Shown: positions 17,383 through 25,620, numbered from the stretch's first letter. The stretch: 26,754 bases of DNA from a virus (IMGVR_UViG_3300035182_000695:1-26754); one strand, 5' to 3'. The notes: generated from the sequence alone by a model not told the origin. Numbers and translations are program-made.

Positions 17383-18065
17383 AAAATGTAATTCTACAGG
17401 ACGGACGATACTATAAAGAATTTGATGTAGTATTAGTAGCAAGTAAGGAAATAGGTAAAGCTGGCGATTTAGTTTATAACGAACGAAACAAAGATTTGTT
17501 TATTGCTAGAATAGATTGTGGTCAAATATATAAACACAATTTATTTTTTCTATCTGATGAAAAGATACAAGAAGGAGATTGGTATTTAGATGATTTGCTT
17601 GACTTTAGAAGAGCTGTAACATCTGATGAAGATTATTGGAGCGCAAGACCTAAATACAAAAAGATAGTTGCAACAACAATCGATTTAATTTATCCAATTG
17701 CAAACAAGAACCAACAACCTAAATTCTTACCAAAGCCTAATGCTGAATTTATTGATTTTTACATTGGACGTAAATTACATTTAAACGATAGCTATGAAAC
17801 TTTAATTGAGCTGCGCAAAGACTTCTATGGACACTTTGACGAAGGTGGCGAAGATTGGAGATACAATGTAAAAATATGTTTAGATGGAACAATGAATACT
17901 AAAGCAGTTGATTCTATTTCTATTGAATATTGGAATGAGCTTTTTGATATTTTTTACATTGAGAATGATGCACATATTCAAAAGTGGTCATCTGAAAACA
18001 GACTTCTTTTAGAGTTCAAGAAGTGGACTAAAAAACAAACTAAATTCAAAATAATAAAAAAGTAA
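17379..18065 (+). CDS. conserved hypothetical Bacteroidota-phage protein
   Basis: HNLFFLSDEKIQEGDWY...KKIVATT...LPKPNAEFI pattern. Confidence 0.75.
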   Translation: MKNVILQDGRYYKEFDVVLVASKEIGKAGDLVYNERNKDLFIARIDCGQIYKHNLFFLSDEKIQEGDWYLDDLLDFRRAVTSDEDYWSARPKYKKIVATTIDLIYPIANKNQQPKFLPKPNAEFIDFYIGRKLHLNDSYETLIELRKDFYGHFDEGGEDWRYNVKICLDGTMNTKAVDSISIEYWNELFDIFYIENDAHIQKWSSENRLLLEFKKWTKKQTKFKIIKK

Positions 18066-18067
18066 AA

Positions 18068-18592
18068 ATGAAAAATATAACGCAAGAAATAAAATTAAAA
18101 ATATTACACAATTACTCAGGCTGTAATTGCTTAACTAAAATTTCATCGTTTGATGTAAAACAATTAATTTACATAGACGGCGATACTTTGTCAGAAAAAG
18201 GGAGAGCATATTTTACTGAACCGGAAATATTGGTTTCGAGTCTTAAAAATATTTTAAAAGCGCACGTTTGCGAATTAGCTAAAATATTAAATGACAAAAC
18301 GGCCTCTTACACTTGCGAACTATACAGTATGAATGATACTGATTCGGTTTTTAAAATTACATACTCAGAATCTCCTTTAGAGAATATGTGGATTCAATTT
18401 TATTATAACGAGGGTTCTTTTTCTTTATTAAGAGGTGGAAACAATGCAATGGATGCAACTGAGATAGGCACGATGAGTCACCATATTCTTGAAGCGTATC
18501 AATATTTGCAATCTAAAGGCTACGCATTACCATACTCTGATTTCAGCGTGAATGATTTAGTTAATTTAGGAGTTTATCAATTATCTGTTTAA
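18068..18592 (+). CDS. paralog family A member 5
   Basis: AYQYLQSKGYALPYSDFSVNDLVNLGVYQL. Confidence 0.8.
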   Translation: MKNITQEIKLKILHNYSGCNCLTKISSFDVKQLIYIDGDTLSEKGRAYFTEPEILVSSLKNILKAHVCELAKILNDKTASYTCELYSMNDTDSVFKITYSESPLENMWIQFYYNEGSFSLLRGGNNAMDATEIGTMSHHILEAYQYLQSKGYALPYSDFSVNDLVNLGVYQLSV

Positions 18593-18601
18593 AAAAATAC
18601 A

Positions 18602-18748
18602 ATGGCAAAGAAACAAAATACTAAATATGATAAGCCTTACTTTCAGCCTATCAACAATGAACAGTCTGTGTTTATGCACCAAATAGACAAAACAAAAGCG
18701 AAGAGTGTTTGCAGGAATTCAGCTAACAAGAAAAAGAAAAAGCGATGA
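18602..18748 (+). CDS. small basic peptide (48 aa, absent from the ORF track)
   Basis: MAKKQNTKYDKPYF...ANKKKKKR; ATGA overlap with the next ORF. Confidence 0.55.
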   Translation: MAKKQNTKYDKPYFQPINNEQSVFMHQIDKTKAKSVCRNSANKKKKKR

Positions 18749-18924
18749 AACACTTTGAGCAACAAGAGCGAAAACTTAGATTCTCATTAAAGGGAAGAGC
18801 TGCTAAACATCACTCAGGAAAAACAATAAAGAAGCTTCGCAACAAATCGTTTAGAATGAAATTAAAGAATGATTTAAACGCATCTAAATCAGATTTAAAA
18901 AGAGATGTTGGTTACGAATACTAA
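18745..18924 (+). CDS. small basic peptide (59 aa, absent from the ORF track)
   Basis: MKHFEQQERKLRFSLKGRAAKHHSGKTIKKLRNKSFRMKLK...GYEY; 18 K/R. Confidence 0.6.
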   Translation: MKHFEQQERKLRFSLKGRAAKHHSGKTIKKLRNKSFRMKLKNDLNASKSDLKRDVGYEY

Positions 18925-18935
18925 AATTAAATAAA

Positions 18936-19121
18936 ATGAATGACATTTATGTATATAAATACAAAAGTACAGGAAGACAATTTACATCTACTGCCAATCC
19001 TCTTGTTATGCAAGTGCATCTTTATTTTATTGTGGCTAAAAGACTAAAAAATAAATCTGAAATAGAATATCCAATTTTGATAGGTGTTTGCAAACTAAAA
19101 GAAATAAAAAAAACAAAATGA
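18936..19121 (+). CDS. hypothetical protein
   Basis: 61-aa ORF. Confidence 0.55.
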   Translation: MNDIYVYKYKSTGRQFTSTANPLVMQVHLYFIVAKRLKNKSEIEYPILIGVCKLKEIKKTK

Positions 19122-19447
19122 TTGATATAGATAAAATCAGACAAATATTAAACTCAGATGCCAACAATGAAGCGATGGAGTTTCAAATATTAGCAGTAAT
19201 AGCGAAAGACAAAGATGCCATTCCTAGTGTTATGAAAATGCTAGCAGAAGAGCGAGATGTAAAACGTAAATTAATTTCTGATATGAATACTAAACTGTCT
19301 CTTGCTCACACATACATTGATGAGCGAATCGAATTAAAAGAAGAGCAGAAAAAAAGATTCAATAAAGGATTTGTTATGGAGCAAATTGCAATTTTCTATA
19401 AGACTTATGCTAACTACATTGAACACGCATTTAATTACAGATTTTAA
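19118..19447 (+). CDS. hypothetical helical protein (start revised from 19088)
   Basis: ATGA coupling at 19118-19121. Confidence 0.7.
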   Translation: MIDIDKIRQILNSDANNEAMEFQILAVIAKDKDAIPSVMKMLAEERDVKRKLISDMNTKLSLAHTYIDERIELKEEQKKRFNKGFVMEQIAIFYKTYANYIEHAFNYRF

Positions 19448-19677
19448 TGAAAAAAAGACTTTATGTATCAAACGAGCCTAAATACATTGAAGTTCTTGGA
19501 ATAGAGCGAAACTACTTCATCAGAAAGTGTGATGACAAAACGCAGTTCTATACAGGTAGAAGTGATTTTAAATTTTGCACATTAAATATGGCTCAAATAT
19601 ACACATTGAAAGACGCTAACGAAATAATTCGTAGCTTGAAAATAAATTGCGAAGCGGTAAAACTAGAAAACATTTAA
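19447..19677 (+). CDS. hypothetical protein
   Basis: 76-aa ORF with TAATG coupling. Confidence 0.6.
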   Translation: MKKRLYVSNEPKYIEVLGIERNYFIRKCDDKTQFYTGRSDFKFCTLNMAQIYTLKDANEIIRSLKINCEAVKLENI

Positions 19678-19681
19678 CACT

Positions 19682-20248
19682 ATGATAGATACTCTTTCTA
19701 CACAAATAACTATACGAAGAATTAAAAAATGGTGTGAGGATAATCCTAATGACGCAAAAAGATTAGCGGCAATTAATTGTGATACTGAAATAAGAAATTT
19801 TACCGTATTTCAAATTGGCGACCCTTTAGGTAGAATAACTGTTATTAATAATGGAGCTATGTTGCCTCACTTTGCTATTTCTATAATGTATATTATGAAA
19901 GGCTCAATAGGATTTGAAATAACCGAAGATACATATAACGAACTAAAAAAGATATATTTAAAAAAAGATAAAATGGATAAATTTGAAACAGAAGGACTTG
20001 TTTGGGAAATTGATGCTAAGCGAAAAACTATTTCGCCTTCTAACCCATACGGCAATAAAAAACTAAACGAATCAGAAATTTTAAAATCGCTTGAGTTTGA
20101 AGAAAATAAACAACGCTTTAAAATCATTGCTAGCGAGTGCAAGAGCGGCGTTATTTTAAATTCTGAACACTTAGCTTATACAGACAAGGATATGCGACCA
20201 TTTCGCTTAAATGACAATAATGAAGCTACTGTTCTTTTAAAGAAGTAA
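19682..20248 (+). CDS. hypothetical protein
   Basis: 188-aa ORF. Confidence 0.7.
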   Translation: MIDTLSTQITIRRIKKWCEDNPNDAKRLAAINCDTEIRNFTVFQIGDPLGRITVINNGAMLPHFAISIMYIMKGSIGFEITEDTYNELKKIYLKKDKMDKFETEGLVWEIDAKRKTISPSNPYGNKKLNESEILKSLEFEENKQRFKIIASECKSGVILNSEHLAYTDKDMRPFRLNDNNEATVLLKK

Positions 20249-20254
20249 TTGAAA

Positions 20255-20632
20255 ATGGATAAATATATCAAAGAGGAAGTTAGAATGGCTGTAATGTATC
20301 AGTATCACGGTCAAAATATTCTCAGAAAATGGGGCGAAGATAATGTAATTCAATTGTGGAGAGACTTTAATCCTGCAATCTTTTATCTCGAAGCTAAATC
20401 GATTAAAAACATATCAGAGCAGCATTTAAACGAACTTTCTGAAATACTTGTCGTTCTGTCTCCCGAAGCATTCATCGAACACTTGATAAATGACTACACT
20501 TATGCGTGTAGACCGAACAGAACAATTCAAGCTTACCAGTTCTTAATTCAAGCGGGTTACGCTATGCCTTTTGCTGATTACACAATAGAAAGATTAGTAA
20601 ACGCAGGTGTTTATAAGATAGCTAACACCTAA
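20255..20632 (+). CDS. paralog family A member 6
   Basis: KSIKNISEQHLNEL...AYQFLIQAGYAMPFADYTIERLVNAGVYKI. Confidence 0.75.
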   Translation: MDKYIKEEVRMAVMYQYHGQNILRKWGEDNVIQLWRDFNPAIFYLEAKSIKNISEQHLNELSEILVVLSPEAFIEHLINDYTYACRPNRTIQAYQFLIQAGYAMPFADYTIERLVNAGVYKIANT

Positions 20633-20729
20633 CTGTTAATAACTAATATCGAAATAAATTTGCAGGAATGAAATAATGTTGTACATTTGTGTAACATTTA
20701 AGTTAAACACTATTAAAATCAAGACAATG
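20622..20729 (+). promoter_or_regulatory. Promoter module P3
   Basis: AACA-N6-TGTT 20624-20637; TTTG 20659-20662; N19; TACATTTG 20682-20689; TAAC-N6-GTTA 20692-20705; AAAATCAAGACA before ATG 20727. Confidence 0.85.
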
Positions 20730-21152
20730 CAAGCTGACATTTTTAAAATAATCGCAGAAAATAAGCTAAGTGAATCAAAGCTTCCAGTTATAGTTAAAGA
20801 AACATACAAAGAGATATTTGTAGAGATGCACGATGAAGTCTGTATTTTATTTATTGCGAAAAACGAAAACGGTGATTATATTTTAGGCTCACTTATCAAC
20901 GAATATGATGAGATTAAAAGTTATGCATATTTCCATACAGTTACTTCTCTCGAATACTTACAATTATTTTTGAATAGGAAAATGTCTCTTATTGAAGTTA
21001 TGAAAGAGTCTTTGGGTATTTGGGTTCACTTGAAAAATTGGACAAATAATCACGAATCAATTTATTGTATTCCGTTATCAAATATTCCAGGAGACTTTCT
21101 TCCTTTGAAAGACTCTTACTATCCTGAGTTTTTAGAAAACATTACACTTTAA
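20727..21152 (+). CDS. hypothetical protein, possibly DUF6575-like (start revised from 20676)
   Basis: Start fixed by the conserved leader; FLNRKMSL...IPGDFLPLKDSY recalls DUF6575 (weak). Confidence 0.6.
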   Translation: MQADIFKIIAENKLSESKLPVIVKETYKEIFVEMHDEVCILFIAKNENGDYILGSLINEYDEIKSYAYFHTVTSLEYLQLFLNRKMSLIEVMKESLGIWVHLKNWTNNHESIYCIPLSNIPGDFLPLKDSYYPEFLENITL

Positions 21153-21161
21153 TATTCATCA

Positions 21162-21401
21162 ATGAAATTAACACATTGGATAATTATGCGAATGAATTTG
21201 TTAACGGATGAAACGATACTGTATAAAACAAAGTTAACCAAACCTCAAGCAAATAGAATTTTAAAAGCATTAGCTGCTAAAAATAAAACAGTAGTTACAG
21301 AAGAAATAGGTGTTAATACTCAAAAATACTACTATGGATTAGGTAAATCAAACGTAATGCTCGATAGAATCATCAGAAAAAATAACAAAAAAACAAAATA
21401 A
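21162..21401 (+). CDS. hypothetical basic protein
   Basis: 79-aa ORF. Confidence 0.6.
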   Translation: MKLTHWIIMRMNLLTDETILYKTKLTKPQANRILKALAAKNKTVVTEEIGVNTQKYYYGLGKSNVMLDRIIRKNNKKTK

Positions 21402-21404
21402 GTT

Positions 21405-21611
21405 ATGACATTAGAATTAAACAAAACTTATCTGACTAAAGCAGGTCACATAGTTAAAATTGAGAATGTTGATTATAACAAGTTAAGTCCTTTCTCAGGA
21501 ACTATCAAAAACGGAAACGATGTAGTGCGTGTAGCTTCTTTTAAAGAGAACGGCAACTACTCTTATGACGGAAGAGCAACAACATTTGATATTGTTAAAG
21601 AAGTAAATTAA
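21405..21611 (+). CDS. small beta-rich phage protein
   Basis: LELNKTYLTKAGHIVKI...PFSG...NG...DIVKE pattern. Confidence 0.65.
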   Translation: MTLELNKTYLTKAGHIVKIENVDYNKLSPFSGTIKNGNDVVRVASFKENGNYSYDGRATTFDIVKEVN

Positions 21612-21614
21612 ACT

Positions 21615-21860
21615 ATGGAGGCAGAGCAAGGTTTAGCAGATGCGCTAAAAGAAATACTTGAAAGCAATCAAGAGCGAGTTTCAAAATTCATTAATGAAGA
21701 GAATCAGCTTTTACTTAGAATTGATTTCTACGAGTCGCATAATTTGCAAGAAGAAAAAAGAATTGCTTTAATAAAGTACGAAGCATTATCTAAGGTGCTT
21801 TACAGATACAAAACAATGGTTGCTGACACTCAGGTATTACTTGATAAATGGAACTCTTAA
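21615..21860 (+). CDS. hypothetical helical protein
   Basis: 81-aa ORF. Confidence 0.65.
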   Translation: MEAEQGLADALKEILESNQERVSKFINEENQLLLRIDFYESHNLQEEKRIALIKYEALSKVLYRYKTMVADTQVLLDKWNS

Positions 21861-21871
21861 AACATACGAAA

Positions 21872-22093
21872 ATGACAAATACTAAAAAATTAACTACTGA
21901 AAAGTACAAAGGCGTTACAATTACAGAAGAATGGATTCCGAGTGGGGAATATACAATGTTTACATCTGATTTATCAGCGCACTCCGACCCTACTGTTAGA
22001 AAGTGTAATTGTTTTGGTGCTGATTTAAAAATGATTAAACAGATGATTGACGAGAGATTAATCGAACTAAAATTAACCGAATACACTAAATAA
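21872..22093 (+). CDS. hypothetical protein (start revised from 21848)
   Basis: In-frame ATG after the upstream stop. Confidence 0.6.
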   Translation: MTNTKKLTTEKYKGVTITEEWIPSGEYTMFTSDLSAHSDPTVRKCNCFGADLKMIKQMIDERLIELKLTEYTK

Positions 22094-22094
22094 A

Positions 22095-22406
22095 ATGGAA
22101 GAAAAAAACTCAATCGATGCCGTTAAAGGCATTCATAAAACAGTTAAAAGTTTGAACAGAATGATGATGTTTTTACTATTCGTTATCAAAGTTTTAAAAT
22201 ACGGAACTATTTGTATTGGCTCACTATTCGTAATAGGTTGGATTATGTTGCTTGTTGCGTTTATTTGGACAATAAACTATCACTACCTTAAATTGTTCTT
22301 CACCATACCAATTGTAGGAGTAATAATCTTAATTATCTGTTACGCACTAATTGAATCAATAAAAATTTCACAAAAAGCAAAACAAAATGACACACACGCC
22401 AAATAA
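22095..22406 (+). CDS. membrane protein
   Basis: Long hydrophobic segments ICIGSLFVIGWIMLLVAFIW and FFTIPIVGVIILIICYAL. Confidence 0.7.
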   Translation: MEEKNSIDAVKGIHKTVKSLNRMMMFLLFVIKVLKYGTICIGSLFVIGWIMLLVAFIWTINYHYLKLFFTIPIVGVIILIICYALIESIKISQKAKQNDTHAK

Positions 22407-22668
22407 ATACAAGCATAAGCCTTGGGGTTCTATTTTAGGTAGAGCAGAGTATGAAATTATCGCATTAAACATAATGGTTATTTTAGACCGTACAGGTAAT
22501 ACTTTCAGAAAACTTGAATGGGATGAATATAAAGCTGAAAGATTGAGAGATGGCAATTTTTCTGATGGCGAGAAAAAATACTTCGATGAAGTTCAATATT
22601 TATCAGAAGGTAAAGTAGAAGACTTGCAAAACTTCTCTAAAGATTGGGATTTTTCAACTAAAAAATAA
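22387..22668 (+). CDS. conserved hypothetical phage protein
   Basis: PWGS...EIIALNIMVIL...WDEYKAER.RDGNFS..EKKYF...FSKDW pattern. Confidence 0.7.
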   Translation: MTHTPNKYKHKPWGSILGRAEYEIIALNIMVILDRTGNTFRKLEWDEYKAERLRDGNFSDGEKKYFDEVQYLSEGKVEDLQNFSKDWDFSTKK

Positions 22669-22970
22669 TGAAAACAACGCACTCAATTATTAATACAATC
22701 ACTCTTGATAGCTCAAAGCACTCAACTGATGTTGAGTATTGGAATAGTGTTGCGAATGGCGCTAAGGTTGAGCCGTTAAACAAACCTTGCAAACGTTGCG
22801 CAATAACAACAGATTTTTATCAAGAGATGGCGGATAATTTAAGTACTCAACCAACAGACATACAAAACAAAGTAATGGATAGTTGGGATTGTCATAACTC
22901 ATTAGGCCGACGTGGCTGCGCAGGAATTAGAAACTTTATAAAAGAAAAACAATGTCAACATCAACAGTAA
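22668..22970 (+). CDS. Cys-containing hypothetical protein
   Basis: PCKRCA...WDCHN...GCAG. Confidence 0.65.
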   Translation: MKTTHSIINTITLDSSKHSTDVEYWNSVANGAKVEPLNKPCKRCAITTDFYQEMADNLSTQPTDIQNKVMDSWDCHNSLGRRGCAGIRNFIKEKQCQHQQ

Positions 22971-23407
22971 AAGGAGAATTACACGGATTATGTTATCGCA
23001 CATCTTGTAAAAATGATAATGCTATATACTTTAACCATAGCGCCAGACAACACTATTGTTTAGAGTGCGCTGAGTTTATCAATAGCGAAAACTTCAAAGA
23101 TTCTATTCGATTGTACGGACACGTTTTATGCACGCTAGCGCCGTCGGTAGCAAATGAAAATCTGATTAGAAAAATAATTGTAGAAACTGTTTCGCAAGTA
23201 GAAGAGAAATCCGAATCTACTGTTATGCCAACAATAACTGAAACAATGTTGAAAAATTGTATGGTCAAATACGCTAAAAAAAAGTGTCAAGAACAAAGAG
23301 AAATTTGTAGTAATATAGAAAGTATAAGCTTTAGATGTGAGACGCTAGAAGATATTGCAGAGCATAGAGAAGATGTGAAAAACGCAGACGAGCCAATATT
23401 TAATTAA
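22952..23407 (+). CDS. protein with an N-terminal Zn-finger-like domain
   Basis: KGELHGLCYRTSC...FNHSARQHYCLECAEFIN. Confidence 0.7.
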   Translation: MSTSTVKGELHGLCYRTSCKNDNAIYFNHSARQHYCLECAEFINSENFKDSIRLYGHVLCTLAPSVANENLIRKIIVETVSQVEEKSESTVMPTITETMLKNCMVKYAKKKCQEQREICSNIESISFRCETLEDIAEHREDVKNADEPIFN

Positions 23408-23408
23408 G

Positions 23409-23708
23409 ATGAGAAATAGAGATTTAAAGCTGCTTATAATTGGCTCCGTTGGCATAGGTATTTCAACTGCTATTTGCGCTCAACGGGCATTAAAAGAAAC
23501 TGGTTGCGAGATAATCGTTATAGATGATTTGAATTTTGACAAAGACTTTCAAGCAGAACGATTCAAACTAACAGATTTACCAAAGATTGATTTTAAAAGT
23601 CCTTTAGGTAAATACAAACAGCAAGAATTGCAGAATCAGTTTACATCTCCAATAGATGCAATAAAACCAAAAGGAAAAAGAAATAATATTAAAAACCATA
23701 AAAAATAA
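23409..23708 (+). CDS. hypothetical protein
   Basis: 99-aa ORF. Confidence 0.65.
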   Translation: MRNRDLKLLIIGSVGIGISTAICAQRALKETGCEIIVIDDLNFDKDFQAERFKLTDLPKIDFKSPLGKYKQQELQNQFTSPIDAIKPKGKRNNIKNHKK

Positions 23709-23709
23709 T

Positions 23710-23853
23710 ATGCCGCCATTAAAAACATACATATTTATTTGTGAAACAGACCGAATAGAAATTACAATTAAAGCATACAATGAAAATTCGGCTAATAAGA
23801 TGTTAAACTATACAGTTAAAGATTCAAGTCTATTCAAAATAAAAACAACATGA
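23710..23853 (+). CDS. small hypothetical protein (47 aa, absent from the ORF track)
   Basis: MPPLKTYIFICETDRIEITIKAYNENSANKML...; ATGA overlap with 23850. Confidence 0.55.
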   Translation: MPPLKTYIFICETDRIEITIKAYNENSANKMLNYTVKDSSLFKIKTT

Positions 23854-24302
23854 AAACAATAATAGCAGAGGATAAAGCAAAGTTTTATAATCAATATCAA
23901 TTCACTCATTCTTGTTTTGAAGGAATTAGCAATTCAATTTGGCACATCAACCATTCATTAGCTCTTGGTTATTATGTTGTAAACGGCGATTTTGGGAAAA
24001 TTTATATGAATGAAGCTTCGCCATTATTACTAAAATCTTTATCAAACGTAACAGATGCAGAAATAATTGAACTGTTTAATATGATGTTCAACAAAGACCA
24101 TTCAGATAAGTCAGATTCGTTTAAAATCGGAATAGGCAAGTCTTGGGTAGATTCATACAACAGAAATGCAGAGATGTTTGTCCCTTTCAACTACATTAAA
24201 GGCTACCAATATTTACAATCGAAAGGCTATGCACTTCGCTATATGGACTATTCAGTTGACGATTTAGTAGAAAACAAAACAATTAAACTAATTAACCCTT
24301 AA
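23850..24302 (+). CDS. paralog family A member 7
   Basis: PLLLKSLSNVTDAEIIEL...GYQYLQSKGYALRYMDYSVDDLVE. Confidence 0.8.
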   Translation: MKTIIAEDKAKFYNQYQFTHSCFEGISNSIWHINHSLALGYYVVNGDFGKIYMNEASPLLLKSLSNVTDAEIIELFNMMFNKDHSDKSDSFKIGIGKSWVDSYNRNAEMFVPFNYIKGYQYLQSKGYALRYMDYSVDDLVENKTIKLINP

Positions 24303-24306
24303 TAAA

Positions 24307-25065
24307 ATGATTTACATTCAATCTAACAGAGAGAAATCACGTCCGCATCACTTTGATTGCGCAAGTGCATTGTATGGCGCCATAGACAGCGCAATTGATT
24401 ACAGATTAGTTTCACTTGAAGATGTTCAAGCAGGAAAGTATGATGTTCTAATTAAACAAAACCTTTTTGTAGGCTCAGTAGAGTTTATGCGAGAAGTTTT
24501 TAATCGAATTGGAATTAATGAAATTTCATTACCTGAGAATTCAGACAGACCGTCTAAAATAATTTCGTTATTCGATGCTCATAAAATAGTTTCAGAAGGT
24601 AAGAAAATATTCATCAAGCCTGTTCAGATGAAATTGTTTACAGGATTAGTTTTAGACGGAACAACTTACACTTGCTTGAGAGATTTGCCTGGCGACACTC
24701 AAGTTATGTGCTATGAGCCATTTGAAGGAAAAATATTGAGTGAATGGAGAATTTATGTTGACAAAGGAAAAATTGTTGATTCAAAAAACTACTCAGGTGA
24801 TTTTAAAGTTCAACCTCGTTATGATGACATTGAAGCTACTCTTTATGATAATGTTGTAAAGAAACAATTTCCTGATACATACGTTGCTGATTTCGGTGTA
24901 TTAGAAATAATTAAGTCAAGCGGTATGTATCACGAAACAGTTGTTGTAGAGTATAACGATATGTATTCTATTGGTAACTACGGATTACCGAATGATGTAT
25001 ATTTAAAATTACTTTCAAAAAGATACTTTGAAATTATGCGTAATTACCGAAATTTAGAAAAATAA
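24307..25065 (+). CDS. ATP-grasp domain protein (DUF4343 / R2K-like)
   Basis: IFIKP...KLFTG, EWRIYV.KGKIV, YVADFG, VVEYND...GNYG motifs. Confidence 0.8.
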   Translation: MIYIQSNREKSRPHHFDCASALYGAIDSAIDYRLVSLEDVQAGKYDVLIKQNLFVGSVEFMREVFNRIGINEISLPENSDRPSKIISLFDAHKIVSEGKKIFIKPVQMKLFTGLVLDGTTYTCLRDLPGDTQVMCYEPFEGKILSEWRIYVDKGKIVDSKNYSGDFKVQPRYDDIEATLYDNVVKKQFPDTYVADFGVLEIIKSSGMYHETVVVEYNDMYSIGNYGLPNDVYLKLLSKRYFEIMRNYRNLEK

Positions 25066-25069
25066 AAAG

Positions 25070-25606
25070 ATGAAGGCTTTAATTAAAACAATAAATGGAA
25101 TGTTTAGGGTGTGTACTGATAATATCAAAACAGACGCTAAAGACATTGAGCAAGAGAAAATTGATAACGCTTACAATTTAGCGTTGGCTAATGTTTTAAA
25201 CGTATTAAAACCTGAAAATAATTGTGAACACAATTGGTATAATGTACCAAATTATGATACTAAAAAAGGAAATTGGGCTGTTTGTGATAAGTGTAAATGT
25301 TGGAAAAAATTAGATTCTGAGCCGCTTATTGAAAGCGAAATTAAATTGAGTACGGATGAGGAAGAAATCATTTACTCACTTATTAAAAAGCATATTAACA
25401 ACTATTACAAAGATGACCAATTTTTTGAATCAGTAAAAGGACAATTGACTTATGTAGCAAAAGCTATGCAAGAATTCACTCAATTAAAAGATGCTGAAAT
25501 AGCAAAGTTAAAAGAGATGCTGCCTAAAGTATGTAATCACGAATTCGTTTCATCGGCCGCATATAAAGGCGCTAAATATTGCGGTAAATGTGGCGCTTAC
25601 AAATAA
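25070..25606 (+). CDS. protein with two CxH...CxKC Zn-ribbon motifs
   Basis: CEHNW...VCDKC and CNHEF...YCGKC. Confidence 0.7.
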   Translation: MKALIKTINGMFRVCTDNIKTDAKDIEQEKIDNAYNLALANVLNVLKPENNCEHNWYNVPNYDTKKGNWAVCDKCKCWKKLDSEPLIESEIKLSTDEEEIIYSLIKKHINNYYKDDQFFESVKGQLTYVAKAMQEFTQLKDAEIAKLKEMLPKVCNHEFVSSAAYKGAKYCGKCGAYK

Positions 25607-25612
25607 AATTCA

Positions 25613-25620
25613 TATATTTG
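25613..25620 (+). promoter_or_regulatory. possible -7 element upstream of tnpB2
   Basis: TATATTTG with no clean TTTG -33 box 19 nt upstream. Confidence 0.4.

Noticed and set aside
1849-20729. Repeated promoter modules or hairpins read as a CRISPR array
   Set aside because: Copies are kilobases apart with genes between them; there is no regular repeat-spacer period and no cas gene apart from TnpB
23409-23708. IIGSVGIGIST as a Walker A motif
   Set aside because: It lacks the GK[ST] lysine and the protein is too short for a P-loop domain
7656-24302. Family A as diversity-generating retroelement targets
   Set aside because: No reverse transcriptase or template repeat in the window; differences are synonymous and indel-rich rather than adenine-specific
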